Of a stretch of DNA of 64,000 nucleotides, positions 1-10,200 are shown piece by piece. Each line of letters starts with the position of its first letter. Positions within the stretch are counted from its first letter, which is position 1. A program made the position numbers and the translations under genes. The stretch comes from Candidatus Nomurabacteria bacterium (GTDB lineage: Bacteria > Patescibacteriota > Patescibacteriia > UBA1558 > GWA2-36-10). The stretch is from positions 514,732 to 578,731 of the forward strand of contig JACKFO010000002.1 of NCBI GenBank assembly GCA_020632415.1, written 5' to 3'. The notes beneath the pieces are model-generated. The model was not told the DNA's origin, searched no databases, and saw nothing but the letters and a program-made list of their open reading frames with translations.

Positions 1-117
1 AACATCTTTTTTATCTTGATCTAAAAAGTGTAATTTACCCGAATTATCCTTAATCAACAAATTATCAGCGATATTTTCCTCACTAATATTTGACTGTGGA
101 TTTGTTTCTTCTGGCAT
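1..117 (-). CDS. 5' fragment of a CDS whose remainder lies outside the window (N-terminus MPEETNPQS... only)
   Basis: ATG at 115-117 on the minus strand, reading frame open to the window edge; too short to assign a product. Confidence 0.25.
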   Translation of the reverse strand, partial: MPEETNPQSNISEENIADNLLIKDNSGKLHFLDQDKKDV

Positions 118-220
118 TATCTTGCTCAAAATTAAAATTAAAATTTAAAGAAAAAAATATCTTTTAGTGTTTATATTATAACATATTTTAAACTCTGGAA
201 CAAACAAAAAAAGTAAACAA

Positions 221-258
221 AAACCCCACTGTCTAGCAAGCTAAACAGTGGGGTTTTA
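221..258 (-). terminator. Rho-independent terminator downstream of efp (bidirectional hairpin)
   Basis: CCCCACTGT ... ACAGTGGGG stem followed by a T-tract; A-tract on the other side. Confidence 0.6.
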
Positions 259-272
259 AAATTTAAAAAAAT

Positions 273-830
273 CTATACTCTTTCCACGTATTCTCCGGTT
301 TCAGTATTAATTCTAATTTTGTCTCCTGATTTAATAAACATTGGAGTTCTGATTTCAACACCAGTTTCTAGAGTCACAGCCTTAGTTGTCGAACCAGCAC
401 TATTACCTTTGACACCATCGGGAGCAGAAGTGACTTCTAGCTCAATCTTGGTTGGCAAAGCAACGGTTACTGGTTTGTTATTAAAAATCAAGACATCAAC
501 AGTCTGACCTTCTTTTAAATATTTGGTCATTGCTCCCAAAGAATCTTCTGAAAATTGAAACTGCTCAAAATCTTCATTGTCCATGAAGAAAAAATCATCG
601 TCTTGTTGATAGAGAAAATTGGCCTGCTTTCTTTGCAAATCAGCTTCCGCTACTGAATCTGAGCCGGAAAAAGTTTTTTCTAAAGTAGAGCCTGAAACTA
701 AATTTTTCAGTTTAGTTTTTAAAACCGCTCCACCCCTAGCGACTTTGATGTGCTGGGTAAAAACCACTTGATAAGGCTCATCATTGATCGCCAAAACTTT
801 TCCTAGTTTTATTTCGCTCATTGACAACAT
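273..830 (-). CDS. efp: Elongation factor P
   Basis: 185 aa; N-terminal KxG...VARGG and the OB-fold domain arrangement typical of EF-P; recognised by sequence similarity. Confidence 0.9.
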   Translation of the reverse strand: MLSMSEIKLGKVLAINDEPYQVVFTQHIKVARGGAVLKTKLKNLVSGSTLEKTFSGSDSVAEADLQRKQANFLYQQDDDFFFMDNEDFEQFQFSEDSLGAMTKYLKEGQTVDVLIFNNKPVTVALPTKIELEVTSAPDGVKGNSAGSTTKAVTLETGVEIRTPMFIKSGDKIRINTETGEYVERV

Positions 831-835
831 AGGGT

Positions 836-1054
836 TTATTTAGAAACAAATGGTAACATAGCCATAAAACGAGCACGTTTAATGCCTAAGGCTAATTTTC
901 TTTGATGTTTAGAACAAACACCACTTCGTCTTTTTGGTACAATTTTGCCATAAGAAGAAGTGAATCTTTGTAATTGTTGCCAATTTTTGTAATCAATTTC
1001 TTCAACATTGTTAACACAAAAATGACAATACTTATTTTTTAACTTTTTATGCAT
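836..1054 (-). CDS. rpsR: 30S ribosomal protein S18
   Basis: 72 aa; CHFC ... KRRSGVCSKHQRKLALGIKRAR motif of bS18; classic rpsF-ssb-rpsR arrangement. Confidence 0.9.
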   Translation of the reverse strand: MHKKLKNKYCHFCVNNVEEIDYKNWQQLQRFTSSYGKIVPKRRSGVCSKHQRKLALGIKRARFMAMLPFVSK

Positions 1055-1081
1055 AATTAAAATTCAATAGTTACTTATGAT

Positions 1082-1543
1082 TTAAAATGGAATATCTTCA
1101 ACACTGATTTCTTCCTCACTATTTAGAGTTTGATCACTGTTCTCAAAATTATCCTGAGGCTTATTGGTGTTAACTGACTTATTGGCAGCGCCGCCATCCC
1201 AATCTCCACCACCGCCAGCACGATCTAACATGATCATGTTTTCAGCGATAATTTCTGTACGATATTTTTTGACTCCATTTGGATCATCCCAAGAACGAGT
1301 TTGTAAACGACCTTCAATGTAAGCCTTACTACCCTTTTTTAAATACTGACCAGCAATTTCTGCTAAACGACGCCAAGCGACTACATTGTGGAATTCCACT
1401 TTCTCTTGTTTTTGACCACTTTGATCAGTCCAAACTAAATTAGTAGCAACTGAAAAAGAGGTAACGTTTTGACCATTTGGAATACTACGCATTTCTGGAT
1501 CACGCACAATATTACCAATGATCATGACTTTGTTTAAATTCAT
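1082..1543 (-). CDS. ssb: Single-stranded DNA-binding protein
   Basis: OB-fold SSB sequence, Gly-rich linker, C-terminal acidic tip ending DIPF. Confidence 0.9.
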   Translation of the reverse strand: MNLNKVMIIGNIVRDPEMRSIPNGQNVTSFSVATNLVWTDQSGQKQEKVEFHNVVAWRRLAEIAGQYLKKGSKAYIEGRLQTRSWDDPNGVKKYRTEIIAENMIMLDRAGGGGDWDGGAANKSVNTNKPQDNFENSDQTLNSEEEISVEDIPF

Positions 1544-1547
1544 AATT

Positions 1548-2033
1548 TTATTGGTCTTTTTCTAAAATTTGATCTAATTGTTGATCTAGGTGATCTAAAT
1601 TGACATTTTCTTTGACTACTTCTTCTTTTTCGTCTTTAAGATCTTCCTTTTTGTCACTATCCTTGGTTTTTCTCAAAACTCTTTCTGCTTTTGCATCTTT
1701 TCTATCTTCTTGACGATTATTACTAGCTGCTCTTACTTTACCGCTAATTTTAATAATCAAATGACGCAAAATATTCTTATTGTGTCTCAAAGCAGTATCA
1801 AGGTCTTTTAAGCTCTCTCTGCCTAGCTCTTCAAAATCAAACTCCAAAACATAATAAAAACCATGTTTTTGGTTCTCAATTGGATAAGCTAATCTTTTGC
1901 GACCCAAAGAGTTTGGTTCGACTTTAATAGTGGCTTTAGCCTTTTTTAAATTAGCCAAAACCTCTTCTTGAATAGCGCCGTGTTCATTTTCCGGCACTTG
2001 AGCGCTTACAATGTAAGCAAGTTCATAATGCAT
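1548..2033 (-). CDS. rpsF: 30S ribosomal protein S6 with K/D/E-rich C-terminal extension
   Basis: N-terminal MHYELAYIV...RLAYPI bS6 signature; synteny with ssb and rpsR. Confidence 0.85.
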   Translation of the reverse strand: MHYELAYIVSAQVPENEHGAIQEEVLANLKKAKATIKVEPNSLGRKRLAYPIENQKHGFYYVLEFDFEELGRESLKDLDTALRHNKNILRHLIIKISGKVRAASNNRQEDRKDAKAERVLRKTKDSDKKEDLKDEKEEVVKENVNLDHLDQQLDQILEKDQ

Positions 2034-2327
2034 AATATTTCCTTTCTAATTACCTTAATTTGCCAATTAAGGGCCGCAAATAACCATGCGACACGGTTAA
2101 TTAGTAAAAATCTAGAATACAATCTACTAGACTTTGCTTACTCTAACATAAAAGTAGCCTCGAGTCAATCCCATTAAAAATTTCAAAAATGAACAACTCT
2201 GATTCTAAAAAATATGCAAAAATAAACTAAGCGCTAGGTTTTATTAAAAATTTGCTTAATTCTGACTTTCGCTTTATTATTATAAAAAAGCTACTCTATT
2301 AAAAAAATACTAAAATTATCAAGAAGC

Positions 2328-3518
2328 ATGCAAAAATATATTTTCATTCTCGGTCAAGCAAGTGATTTGGCCAAACAAGAAATCCTTAGCTTCTTGGAGC
2401 TAAAAAAAGAATCGTCTGTTATTATCGGCTCTAATTTTATTATAGCCGAAAGCGACTTAAGCGCTGAGCAACTAATGCTTAATCTTGGCAGCACGATCAA
2501 AGTCGCTGTTTTTTTAGAAGAGCTAAAAGACATTGGTCAAATCACTGCTGAAAATTTTCTTAATTGGCTTGATCTTACTCCAGAAGAACATAAAATAAAT
2601 TTTGGCCTCAGCATTTACAATACCAAGGCTAAAGAAGCAAAGATCTTACAAAAAATTGCTTTTGCTGCTAAAAAAATCTTAAAAGAAAAAAATCAATCAG
2701 CTCGCTTGGTTACTGGCCAAAGCTTTGATTTATCTTCAGTGATTGTTGCTAAAAATAAATTAATTGGCCGTGAAATTCTTTTGATCAAAAATCAACAAAA
2801 ATGGTTAGTTGGAAAAACTCTGGCTGTCCAAGATTTTGAAAACTACGGTTTTCGAGACATGGAAAGACCCGCTAGAGATAGTCGCTCTGGCATGCTTCCG
2901 CCAAAACTTGCTCAAACGATGCTTAATTTAGCTGGCCCAAAAAGAGACTTAAAAATTCTTGATCCTTTCTGTGGTTCAGGTACTATTTTACAAGAAGCAG
3001 CTTTATTAAACTTCAAAAATATTTATGGCCAAGACTTAAGCTCAAAAGCTGTTCAAGATACTAAAGACAATATCGATTGGCTTAAAAATAATTTTCAAAT
3101 TGAATCAAAGATAGAAATAAAACAAGGCTCAGTTGAAAACTTAAGCCGAGAATTCAAAGAAAAAATAGACTTGATTGTTACTGAACCACTAATGGGTGAT
3201 GCTCGAAACATCCAAAGAATGGATAGCTCTCAAGAACTAGCTCAAGAAGCCGAAAAATTAAACGAGCTTTATTGCCAGGCTTTCTCAGAATTTCATAAAA
3301 TCTGCGCAGAAAAAGCTAAGGTAATTTTTATCTTTCCTATTTTTAATTTAAGAGATAAAAAAATCCCGAGCCTCGAAGAAAAACAAATCGAAGCTTTGGG
3401 ATGGAAAAGCATCAAGCCTGATTTTGATTCTCCTCTACTCTCAGAAAATAAAAATATAATCTACCAACGACCAGAACAAAAAGTTTTGAGAGAAATTACA
3501 ATTTGGCAAAAAAAATAA
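2328..3518 (+). CDS. Class I SAM-dependent RNA methyltransferase (THUMP-associated UPF0020 family, RlmL/Trm14-like m2G type)
   Basis: Motif I LDPFCGSGTILQEAA and a downstream EPLMG motif in the place of the DPPYG-type motif IV; N-terminal THUMP-like region. Confidence 0.5.
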   Translation: MQKYIFILGQASDLAKQEILSFLELKKESSVIIGSNFIIAESDLSAEQLMLNLGSTIKVAVFLEELKDIGQITAENFLNWLDLTPEEHKINFGLSIYNTKAKEAKILQKIAFAAKKILKEKNQSARLVTGQSFDLSSVIVAKNKLIGREILLIKNQQKWLVGKTLAVQDFENYGFRDMERPARDSRSGMLPPKLAQTMLNLAGPKRDLKILDPFCGSGTILQEAALLNFKNIYGQDLSSKAVQDTKDNIDWLKNNFQIESKIEIKQGSVENLSREFKEKIDLIVTEPLMGDARNIQRMDSSQELAQEAEKLNELYCQAFSEFHKICAEKAKVIFIFPIFNLRDKKIPSLEEKQIEALGWKSIKPDFDSPLLSENKNIIYQRPEQKVLREITIWQKK

Positions 3519-4763
3519 TCAAATATTATCACGCCAGACTATTTGATTGTTTACCAAGTCTAAATCTCGCCATTTTAAACTACCGCTTTTTTGATCAAGA
3601 TAGACGAGCTGCCCTGATTGTTTGAATAAATTTACCAAATAAAAAGCTGACAAAGTTGCTTCCTGAGTATTTAAATTTAACTTATCGCTCAGAATCATCT
3701 CAAAAAATATCCGCCGCAACAATAGCTTATCCTGACTATTCCAGGAAACTTGATCGCCATAACGAATACTCACAAAACGTTTTAATAAGCCTTGAAATCG
3801 CTTATCTTCAGCTAGCATTAAGTCTAGCGCTTTTTTTTCAATCATTACTTTAAGACAAGATAAAACTTTATCTTGATCTTGCAAGGCCAAAGCTTGCCAC
3901 AAAACGTCTCTAAGCTTATGCAAACTATTATCTGTTTCAGCCAAAATTAAATTAGTCGACAAAAGGCTATTCTGAATTTCTAAAAACTTTTGATAAATAT
4001 TCTTAACAATTTCTTTTAAACTTTGCTCTGGCTTTTCCGCTGACTTTTCTGTCACTTCTTCAACTAGCGAAATTCGCAAAACTACATCTGAGAGGTCTAT
4101 TTCTACCGGCAAATTATCATCATAAGAGGTCAAAAAATGTCTAACGCTTTCTAATTCTGATCTGGATAGCTCTAAAACATTTTGACTTTTGGCTAAATAT
4201 TTTGAGCGTTGCAAAGAATCATGATAACCGGCGCCTAAAAAATGAACATAATCATTGAGCCAATTAGCAACCGTTGGACTAACACTTCTTTTTTCTTTAC
4301 TGATTATTTTTTTTGAACTCAAACGATAGTCACTTAACTCTGGGTACTTCTCCAAAAGAAATTTTACCGCCCCTTTAATGAGCTGTGGTAATTTTTGATT
4401 AAGCCTCGCGCTTGTTTTTTCTAAAGCCTTAAACTTTGGCACCTTGCCACCCAAACGCAAAATCAAACGATCAACATTTTTCAAATATTCCTGCAAAGGC
4501 CAAAAAATTTGATAAGCCAATTCTAAAGACAAGGCTCTTAAGTCAAATTCTGTGGCTTTCTCCATTTTTTCTAATTCTTTTGGTAAATCTAAAACTGAAA
4601 TTTTTTTCAACCAAATTTTTTCTTCCAAATCCAAAACAAAATCTAACTGATCTTGATTTAAGGCAAATTGATCAGCTATTGCGATATTTTTATCAGTCAA
4701 TTCATCAGAAAATATTAAATCCTGAACCTCAACTGGTAAATTTGTTAATTCTTTAAAAGACAT
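3519..4763 (-). CDS. Hypothetical protein (414 aa, soluble, helical)
   Basis: Long ORF with the local codon usage; no recognisable motif. Confidence 0.5.
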   Translation of the reverse strand: MSFKELTNLPVEVQDLIFSDELTDKNIAIADQFALNQDQLDFVLDLEEKIWLKKISVLDLPKELEKMEKATEFDLRALSLELAYQIFWPLQEYLKNVDRLILRLGGKVPKFKALEKTSARLNQKLPQLIKGAVKFLLEKYPELSDYRLSSKKIISKEKRSVSPTVANWLNDYVHFLGAGYHDSLQRSKYLAKSQNVLELSRSELESVRHFLTSYDDNLPVEIDLSDVVLRISLVEEVTEKSAEKPEQSLKEIVKNIYQKFLEIQNSLLSTNLILAETDNSLHKLRDVLWQALALQDQDKVLSCLKVMIEKKALDLMLAEDKRFQGLLKRFVSIRYGDQVSWNSQDKLLLRRIFFEMILSDKLNLNTQEATLSAFYLVNLFKQSGQLVYLDQKSGSLKWRDLDLVNNQIVWRDNI

Positions 4764-4784
4764 TAAATAAAATTATTCAAAAAA

Positions 4785-7220
4785 CTAAACTTCTTCCTGA
4801 ATAGGCTCTTCTTCATCCTCTGGATTTGGCGCAACGCCGGCGTATGGTTTTGTAATCAAATTAGTTTTGAGTCTTCTTATCTCTGCTTGGCCATCTCTGA
4901 GTTTAGCTTCGCCTAATAGACCTCCTTGCTCCCTTCCCTCTTGAATCTTCTGCTGAGCCGCATCTAACTTAATATTTACAGCCACTTGCATCTGACCAGC
5001 TGTATTTCCCTCATCAGACATCGCGCGCATCTGACTTAAACTCAAATATTGAGCAATGCTCTTAAACATTGAGCTGCCAGGATTCATCTTAGCCAGATCC
5101 GAACCAGTCATTGTTTTAGCTAAGGCTTTGTCAGCAGAATCTGCTTTAAAGGCAAATTGATCACCAACCTCTGTACGAGCTCGCTCTTCTGCATGTTGAA
5201 CAGCAGCTTGATAAACAGCGCCTGTATTCGCTTCACCACTTTTGTATTTACCCAACAAAGCAGCTTGTCTCCAAACAACGCTATCTTCGTTGATTTCTTG
5301 TTCAGTTTTAGTTACGGTTTGAAATTGAGCAACCCCATCTACTTCTACTTGATTTCCATTTGCATCCAAAACAGCTTCCTGTACTTCTTTTTGCTTTACT
5401 ACATATGCCTTGGTATCGTTTGTTTCGTCAATGGTCTCCAAGTCATCAGTGGATAAAGTTTTGACATAAGCCAATATTGCTTCTTTAGATTCTTTATCCA
5501 TACTCTTTAGAACCTCATCTTGTTCTTTTGATTCCAATTGCAAAAAGCCCTTGGCTAACATTTGACCTTGTTGATAAGCTTGAGAATTTTTATCTCGAGC
5601 GGCAATCACATTGCCATTTTCATCTTCATCAAAAGTCCCTTTCATGCTCATCTTAGCATAACGCTCCTTGCCTTTATCAGTATCCAAAGCGTCTTGAATA
5701 GAACTTTCGGTATTGGCCATAGCATGAGAATTTTGTAATTTTGTTAAAGTATCCGTGTCATTGACAGCCTTTGCTCGATCAACCATTGCCAAAACTTCAT
5801 TTGTTGATTTCTTACTTAACTTTCCTTCTTCTAAATCTAATTTATCCAAAGCTCGACCAGAATACTTAGTCGGACTGCCAGCAAAATACAATCTCCTTTC
5901 TTCGCTGGTCATACCTTTGGTCGCTTCTTCCATCTTTGCTTGTTTTCTAGTCTGACGATCACGTTCCATTTGATTTAAGCTCATCCCAGCTCTTTTGATG
6001 CCTTGAATTTTTAAACCTGAACCAATATTTTTCAAAGCACCTCCTACAATAGGAGTCGTTGCTCTTCTCAAAGCTCCTTGAGCACCACCTTCGCCGGTAG
6101 TTCCTTTCCAAGCTAAGTTTCCAGTTTTACGATATAAAGACCCAACTCCTGAGCCCATTTTCTTGCCCCAATCCATGCCCATGACTGCAGAAGATGCGCC
6201 GATTTGTTGAGCAACTTTTAAAGAGCCAAAAAGCATTGCTAAACCAACGATGTATTTTAAAATATTATCAGCCTTACCAGCTTCTGATACTCCAAGCGAA
6301 GCAACGTTAATCAGCGAATTTTCGCCAGTTTGTGCTCCTTGTTTAGTCGAATCCGCGCCTGCAAAATTATTTATAATATCTTCCTTGCCAGTCTGACCAA
6401 CAATCGTAAAAGATAGCCATAGAAAGAAAGCTAAAACTGGGCCAATAATAATTTCTTTAGAAAGGGCTGAAAGCCAGGTTTGAAAATATTTTTTTGTATC
6501 TGGAAATGTATTAGCCACAAAAGCTAGTGGTGCTAAAACTACCAAAATCCATAAAAAAATAATCCTCATGACTAGAGTCAAGATAAAGGCCATGACAACG
6601 ACCGCCGCCAAAGCCACCATGATCGCTGCTAATAAATAAGCTAAAATTATTTGACCATCAATCTCTAAGCCAGAAAGACCACTTTCTTTGTTTAAAGAAA
6701 CCAATGTATCAATGCCTAAGGCTGAAGTAATATTTCCAGCAGCAACATTTTTCCAGGCATCAACAAAAGTCAACATAATAATTTGAAAAAAATCAACAAC
6801 TATCCCGACAATTAATTTACTAAAATTAATCAAGATAGCCATAATGATCAAATTTTTCAATAACTGTTTATAACCATAAGTCTGAATTTTTAAAATTGTC
6901 GCAAAAGACATTACCAGCAAAACAACAATGAAAAACATATTTGATAAGTCTCTCATCGCCTTCCAACCAACAGCTACTCCACTCATGTTAATAAAGTCGC
7001 TAAATTGCGCAATGATTGGCAAAATAATCAATTCTACTTCTAATAAAGCAATGAATGGCGAGAACAAAACCCAAAAAATAAGCTTGCCAATTACTTGCCC
7101 CAAAACATCAGCTGAAGCAACAAATGGCGCTGTCAAACCAACTACTAAAATTAGCACTAAGTAAGGTAAAAAACTATTTTTTCTGTAATTAATCTTGCTC
7201 ATCATCTTAAAATTTATCAT
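4785..7220 (-). CDS. Polytopic membrane protein (about 12 TM helices) with long C-terminal coiled-coil and acidic tail; possibly a VirB6/TrbL-like channel protein
   Basis: Hydrophobic segments through the N-terminal 400 aa, then a charged coiled-coil region; directly downstream of the giant secreted protein gene on the same strand. Confidence 0.5.
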   Translation of the reverse strand: MINFKMMSKINYRKNSFLPYLVLILVVGLTAPFVASADVLGQVIGKLIFWVLFSPFIALLEVELIILPIIAQFSDFINMSGVAVGWKAMRDLSNMFFIVVLLVMSFATILKIQTYGYKQLLKNLIIMAILINFSKLIVGIVVDFFQIIMLTFVDAWKNVAAGNITSALGIDTLVSLNKESGLSGLEIDGQIILAYLLAAIMVALAAVVVMAFILTLVMRIIFLWILVVLAPLAFVANTFPDTKKYFQTWLSALSKEIIIGPVLAFFLWLSFTIVGQTGKEDIINNFAGADSTKQGAQTGENSLINVASLGVSEAGKADNILKYIVGLAMLFGSLKVAQQIGASSAVMGMDWGKKMGSGVGSLYRKTGNLAWKGTTGEGGAQGALRRATTPIVGGALKNIGSGLKIQGIKRAGMSLNQMERDRQTRKQAKMEEATKGMTSEERRLYFAGSPTKYSGRALDKLDLEEGKLSKKSTNEVLAMVDRAKAVNDTDTLTKLQNSHAMANTESSIQDALDTDKGKERYAKMSMKGTFDEDENGNVIAARDKNSQAYQQGQMLAKGFLQLESKEQDEVLKSMDKESKEAILAYVKTLSTDDLETIDETNDTKAYVVKQKEVQEAVLDANGNQVEVDGVAQFQTVTKTEQEINEDSVVWRQAALLGKYKSGEANTGAVYQAAVQHAEERARTEVGDQFAFKADSADKALAKTMTGSDLAKMNPGSSMFKSIAQYLSLSQMRAMSDEGNTAGQMQVAVNIKLDAAQQKIQEGREQGGLLGEAKLRDGQAEIRRLKTNLITKPYAGVAPNPEDEEEPIQEEV

Positions 7221-7226
7221 AAAAAA

Positions 7227-10200
7227 TTAATCTTGGTAGATTACAATTCTACCTGGATAAGAAATAGTTGTTGTTTCTCCCCAATTATCTACCACTCTCA
7301 CTTGTGGCGTGTAACAAGAGGCGTTTTCAATATCACCGCAAGCATAAATAGGGTCATAAGAATATTGTTGATAAAAACTCTTATAACCAACGTGACAAGC
7401 TCGTGATAAACCAGAAAAGCCCATCAAATAAACATCACTACCCGGAATAAAGCCCGTTGGCGTCGGATCACAATAGACACTTGGCATATTATTTTTGTAC
7501 TTACCAGTTCCCCCAACGGTAAAGCCTCCATCGCCATAAGGATCTAGCTGAACTTCTGTCACTGGCATGTGATCAGGGTGAGCGTAATAATAAAATTTAA
7601 TATCTGTAAACAAATCACCACGACCAACAATGTTAGCGTTATTCTGATTGTTAATCGTGATCCCTGGCTTATCTCCAGGACATAGACTGTCTCCACAAAC
7701 CTGATAAATCTTTGGCGGATAATCGGGACCAGCGTCAGGATTGACATTAGTTGCGTCATTAATCTCTGGATAAGCACTAAACTGATAACCAGAGCTAGGA
7801 TCCCACTGTAAATTATAAACCTTGGCAAATAAATACTTCATTCTACTTTTTGCTGTATCAAAATCTGTATCAGAAAAGAAAATACTCACCTGATTTGCCC
7901 CTTCGGCAATATTCAAAGGAGTTTTAGTAGTAACTGGCTGACTCAAAACACTATTATGAGCACTGCCAAAATATTTATTCATATCAATACCAGCAATTTG
8001 CTGTAAATAAGCTTGATTGCTTTGAGAATAAATCAAATTATCATAATACCAAGCAGACCAACCTCTGTTCAAAGTTGGGTTTTCTGAACTACGCCACCAA
8101 ATATCTGTTCTGACCCAAGATCTATCATCATCACCTTCGGCGGCCACTTGGGAAATCGTTTGACATTGTTGGAGGCAATCAAGGCCCGTGCAATCTGTAC
8201 TGAATTTCTCTACTTGATAACCAGCTGCGGCAACACAAGCATCTTCAATGCCAGATTCCAGACAACTCTGAGCTTCACTGACCAAGCTAGCATTAACCCC
8301 TGCTTTAGCTACGATATTTGTGCCGCTAATTTGTAAAATTGTTGCCAAACAGCCCGTAATAGAACTAGGTGTAGAAACCCAATCGCCACTAACTGGATCA
8401 TATGATTCGTTGTAAGTCACTTCTCCATACTCACTACAATACGGAGTAGCCAAAGGATCAGACAAAGCTTCTATGCACTGTTTAAATTGACAGTTCAAAT
8501 CCGAACCACAACCAGCAGCTGGAATAGTAATGCCGTTATAAGTTGCTTTTGTGTTTAAACAAGCCCTTCCGTAAGTAGGCTCAGCACAGTTAGTTTCGGT
8601 GCAAGTCAAATCAGCACTTGAACTATCTGCTCGCAAATAATAATTATAAGTCAAAGGATTACAATATCTTTGACCATATTGCTTTCTTTCTCCATAAAAG
8701 CCACAATGACTATTACCACGCCAGTCACGAACTTCTACCTGATGAGTGCCAGCAGGACAAACCTCAACATGCCAATTATCACAAGCAAAACCATCTGAAT
8801 AAAATTCGGCCCCGTTTGCCAATACTTTGTCATTGTCACTACCGCTAGCTCCCTCATCTAAATTCCAAGTGCCATCCCCTTTTACTGCTTCATCAAAATA
8901 ATAATATTCGATGTTTCCAGCAACGCCATCAAAAAGCAAAGCTAAATCATCTGGGTGAATCACTATATTATCAAAACTAATCTCCCCAAAATCAGAGGCC
9001 TGAAAAAATGCGCCGTCATTTATACATTCCCTTCTGTCCTCTGTGTTAGCGTTTTCTCCGCCACAAGTAGCATTAGAGTCATCTCTAATCAAAGCTTGGA
9101 CAGAATCATTAAATGTAAATGCTTCTTCATTTAAATAATTAGCATCAATAAATGAACCAAAACTCTCTGCCTTATTAATATTAATTTTTGAACCAGCAGG
9201 TACTTTTAATAACACAGTACAAGAGGAGCCACTATCATCTCCAAAACCATTTTCTGTTGAACCACAATAATAACGATCTTCTAAGGTAATAAATTCATCA
9301 CTAACTGCACACATTTCTAAATCAGCTCCTGTGTCACTATAAAATCCAGCAGTAGTAAAATTGTTATACAAACTTTGCGCTCCTTGGATTTCATCTACAG
9401 GATACCATTGATTACAGTAATTTTTTATGTCTACTCCATTAAGCTCATCTATTGGCACAGCAGTAGAAGCGTCAGTCTCCAAACAAATACCAGGCCAATT
9501 TAAGAAAGTCTCGATTTTTGTAGGTAAAGTACATTTTCCTGTATTATCTCCGCATTGACCATCACTTACGCACAAAGACCCCTCAACTCGTCCATCTTCC
9601 GGATCGTCACCAATGATTGTACAAACGCCACTAGTAGTGTCGGCATTTTTATTACCAAAATATTTAACAAAACCACCTAAACCATAAGTAATTTTCTTAT
9701 ATTTTAACTCGCAGTCATTATCACCAGTCTCACAAATATTGGCATTGGCAAAAAATTGCACCGTGCTTTCTTTGTCCGCTCTGATTCGATTTGCATACGG
9801 CGCATCTTGCTGAGCATAGGCTCTAGTATCTAAATGAAGAATATCATCACTAGCATCTGGGTTGAGCCAACAAATTTGGTCTTTACAAGTTCCTGTGTAG
9901 CCTAAGGCTGAACAAGAAGCTAAATCTTCAGCAGCCGTACAAGTAACATCACTTTCATAAACCAAACGCAGATCAGTTTCTGTGTCTACTTGCGAAAAAT
10001 TATAGACTTTCAAATCTTGAACTGGAAAAAATTCTGGAATCGAATAACCAAGATATTCCTTGTCTGGCCAGGAAATGCGCTCAGTCGTAGAAGTAGCACG
10101 ATCTTGATATTCAACGATTGTCAAAGGAATAGCATCTGTATAAGTAGACCATTGAGCGCATTGAGTAATATTGTTAGCATCTGAATACTCTGTGCAACTA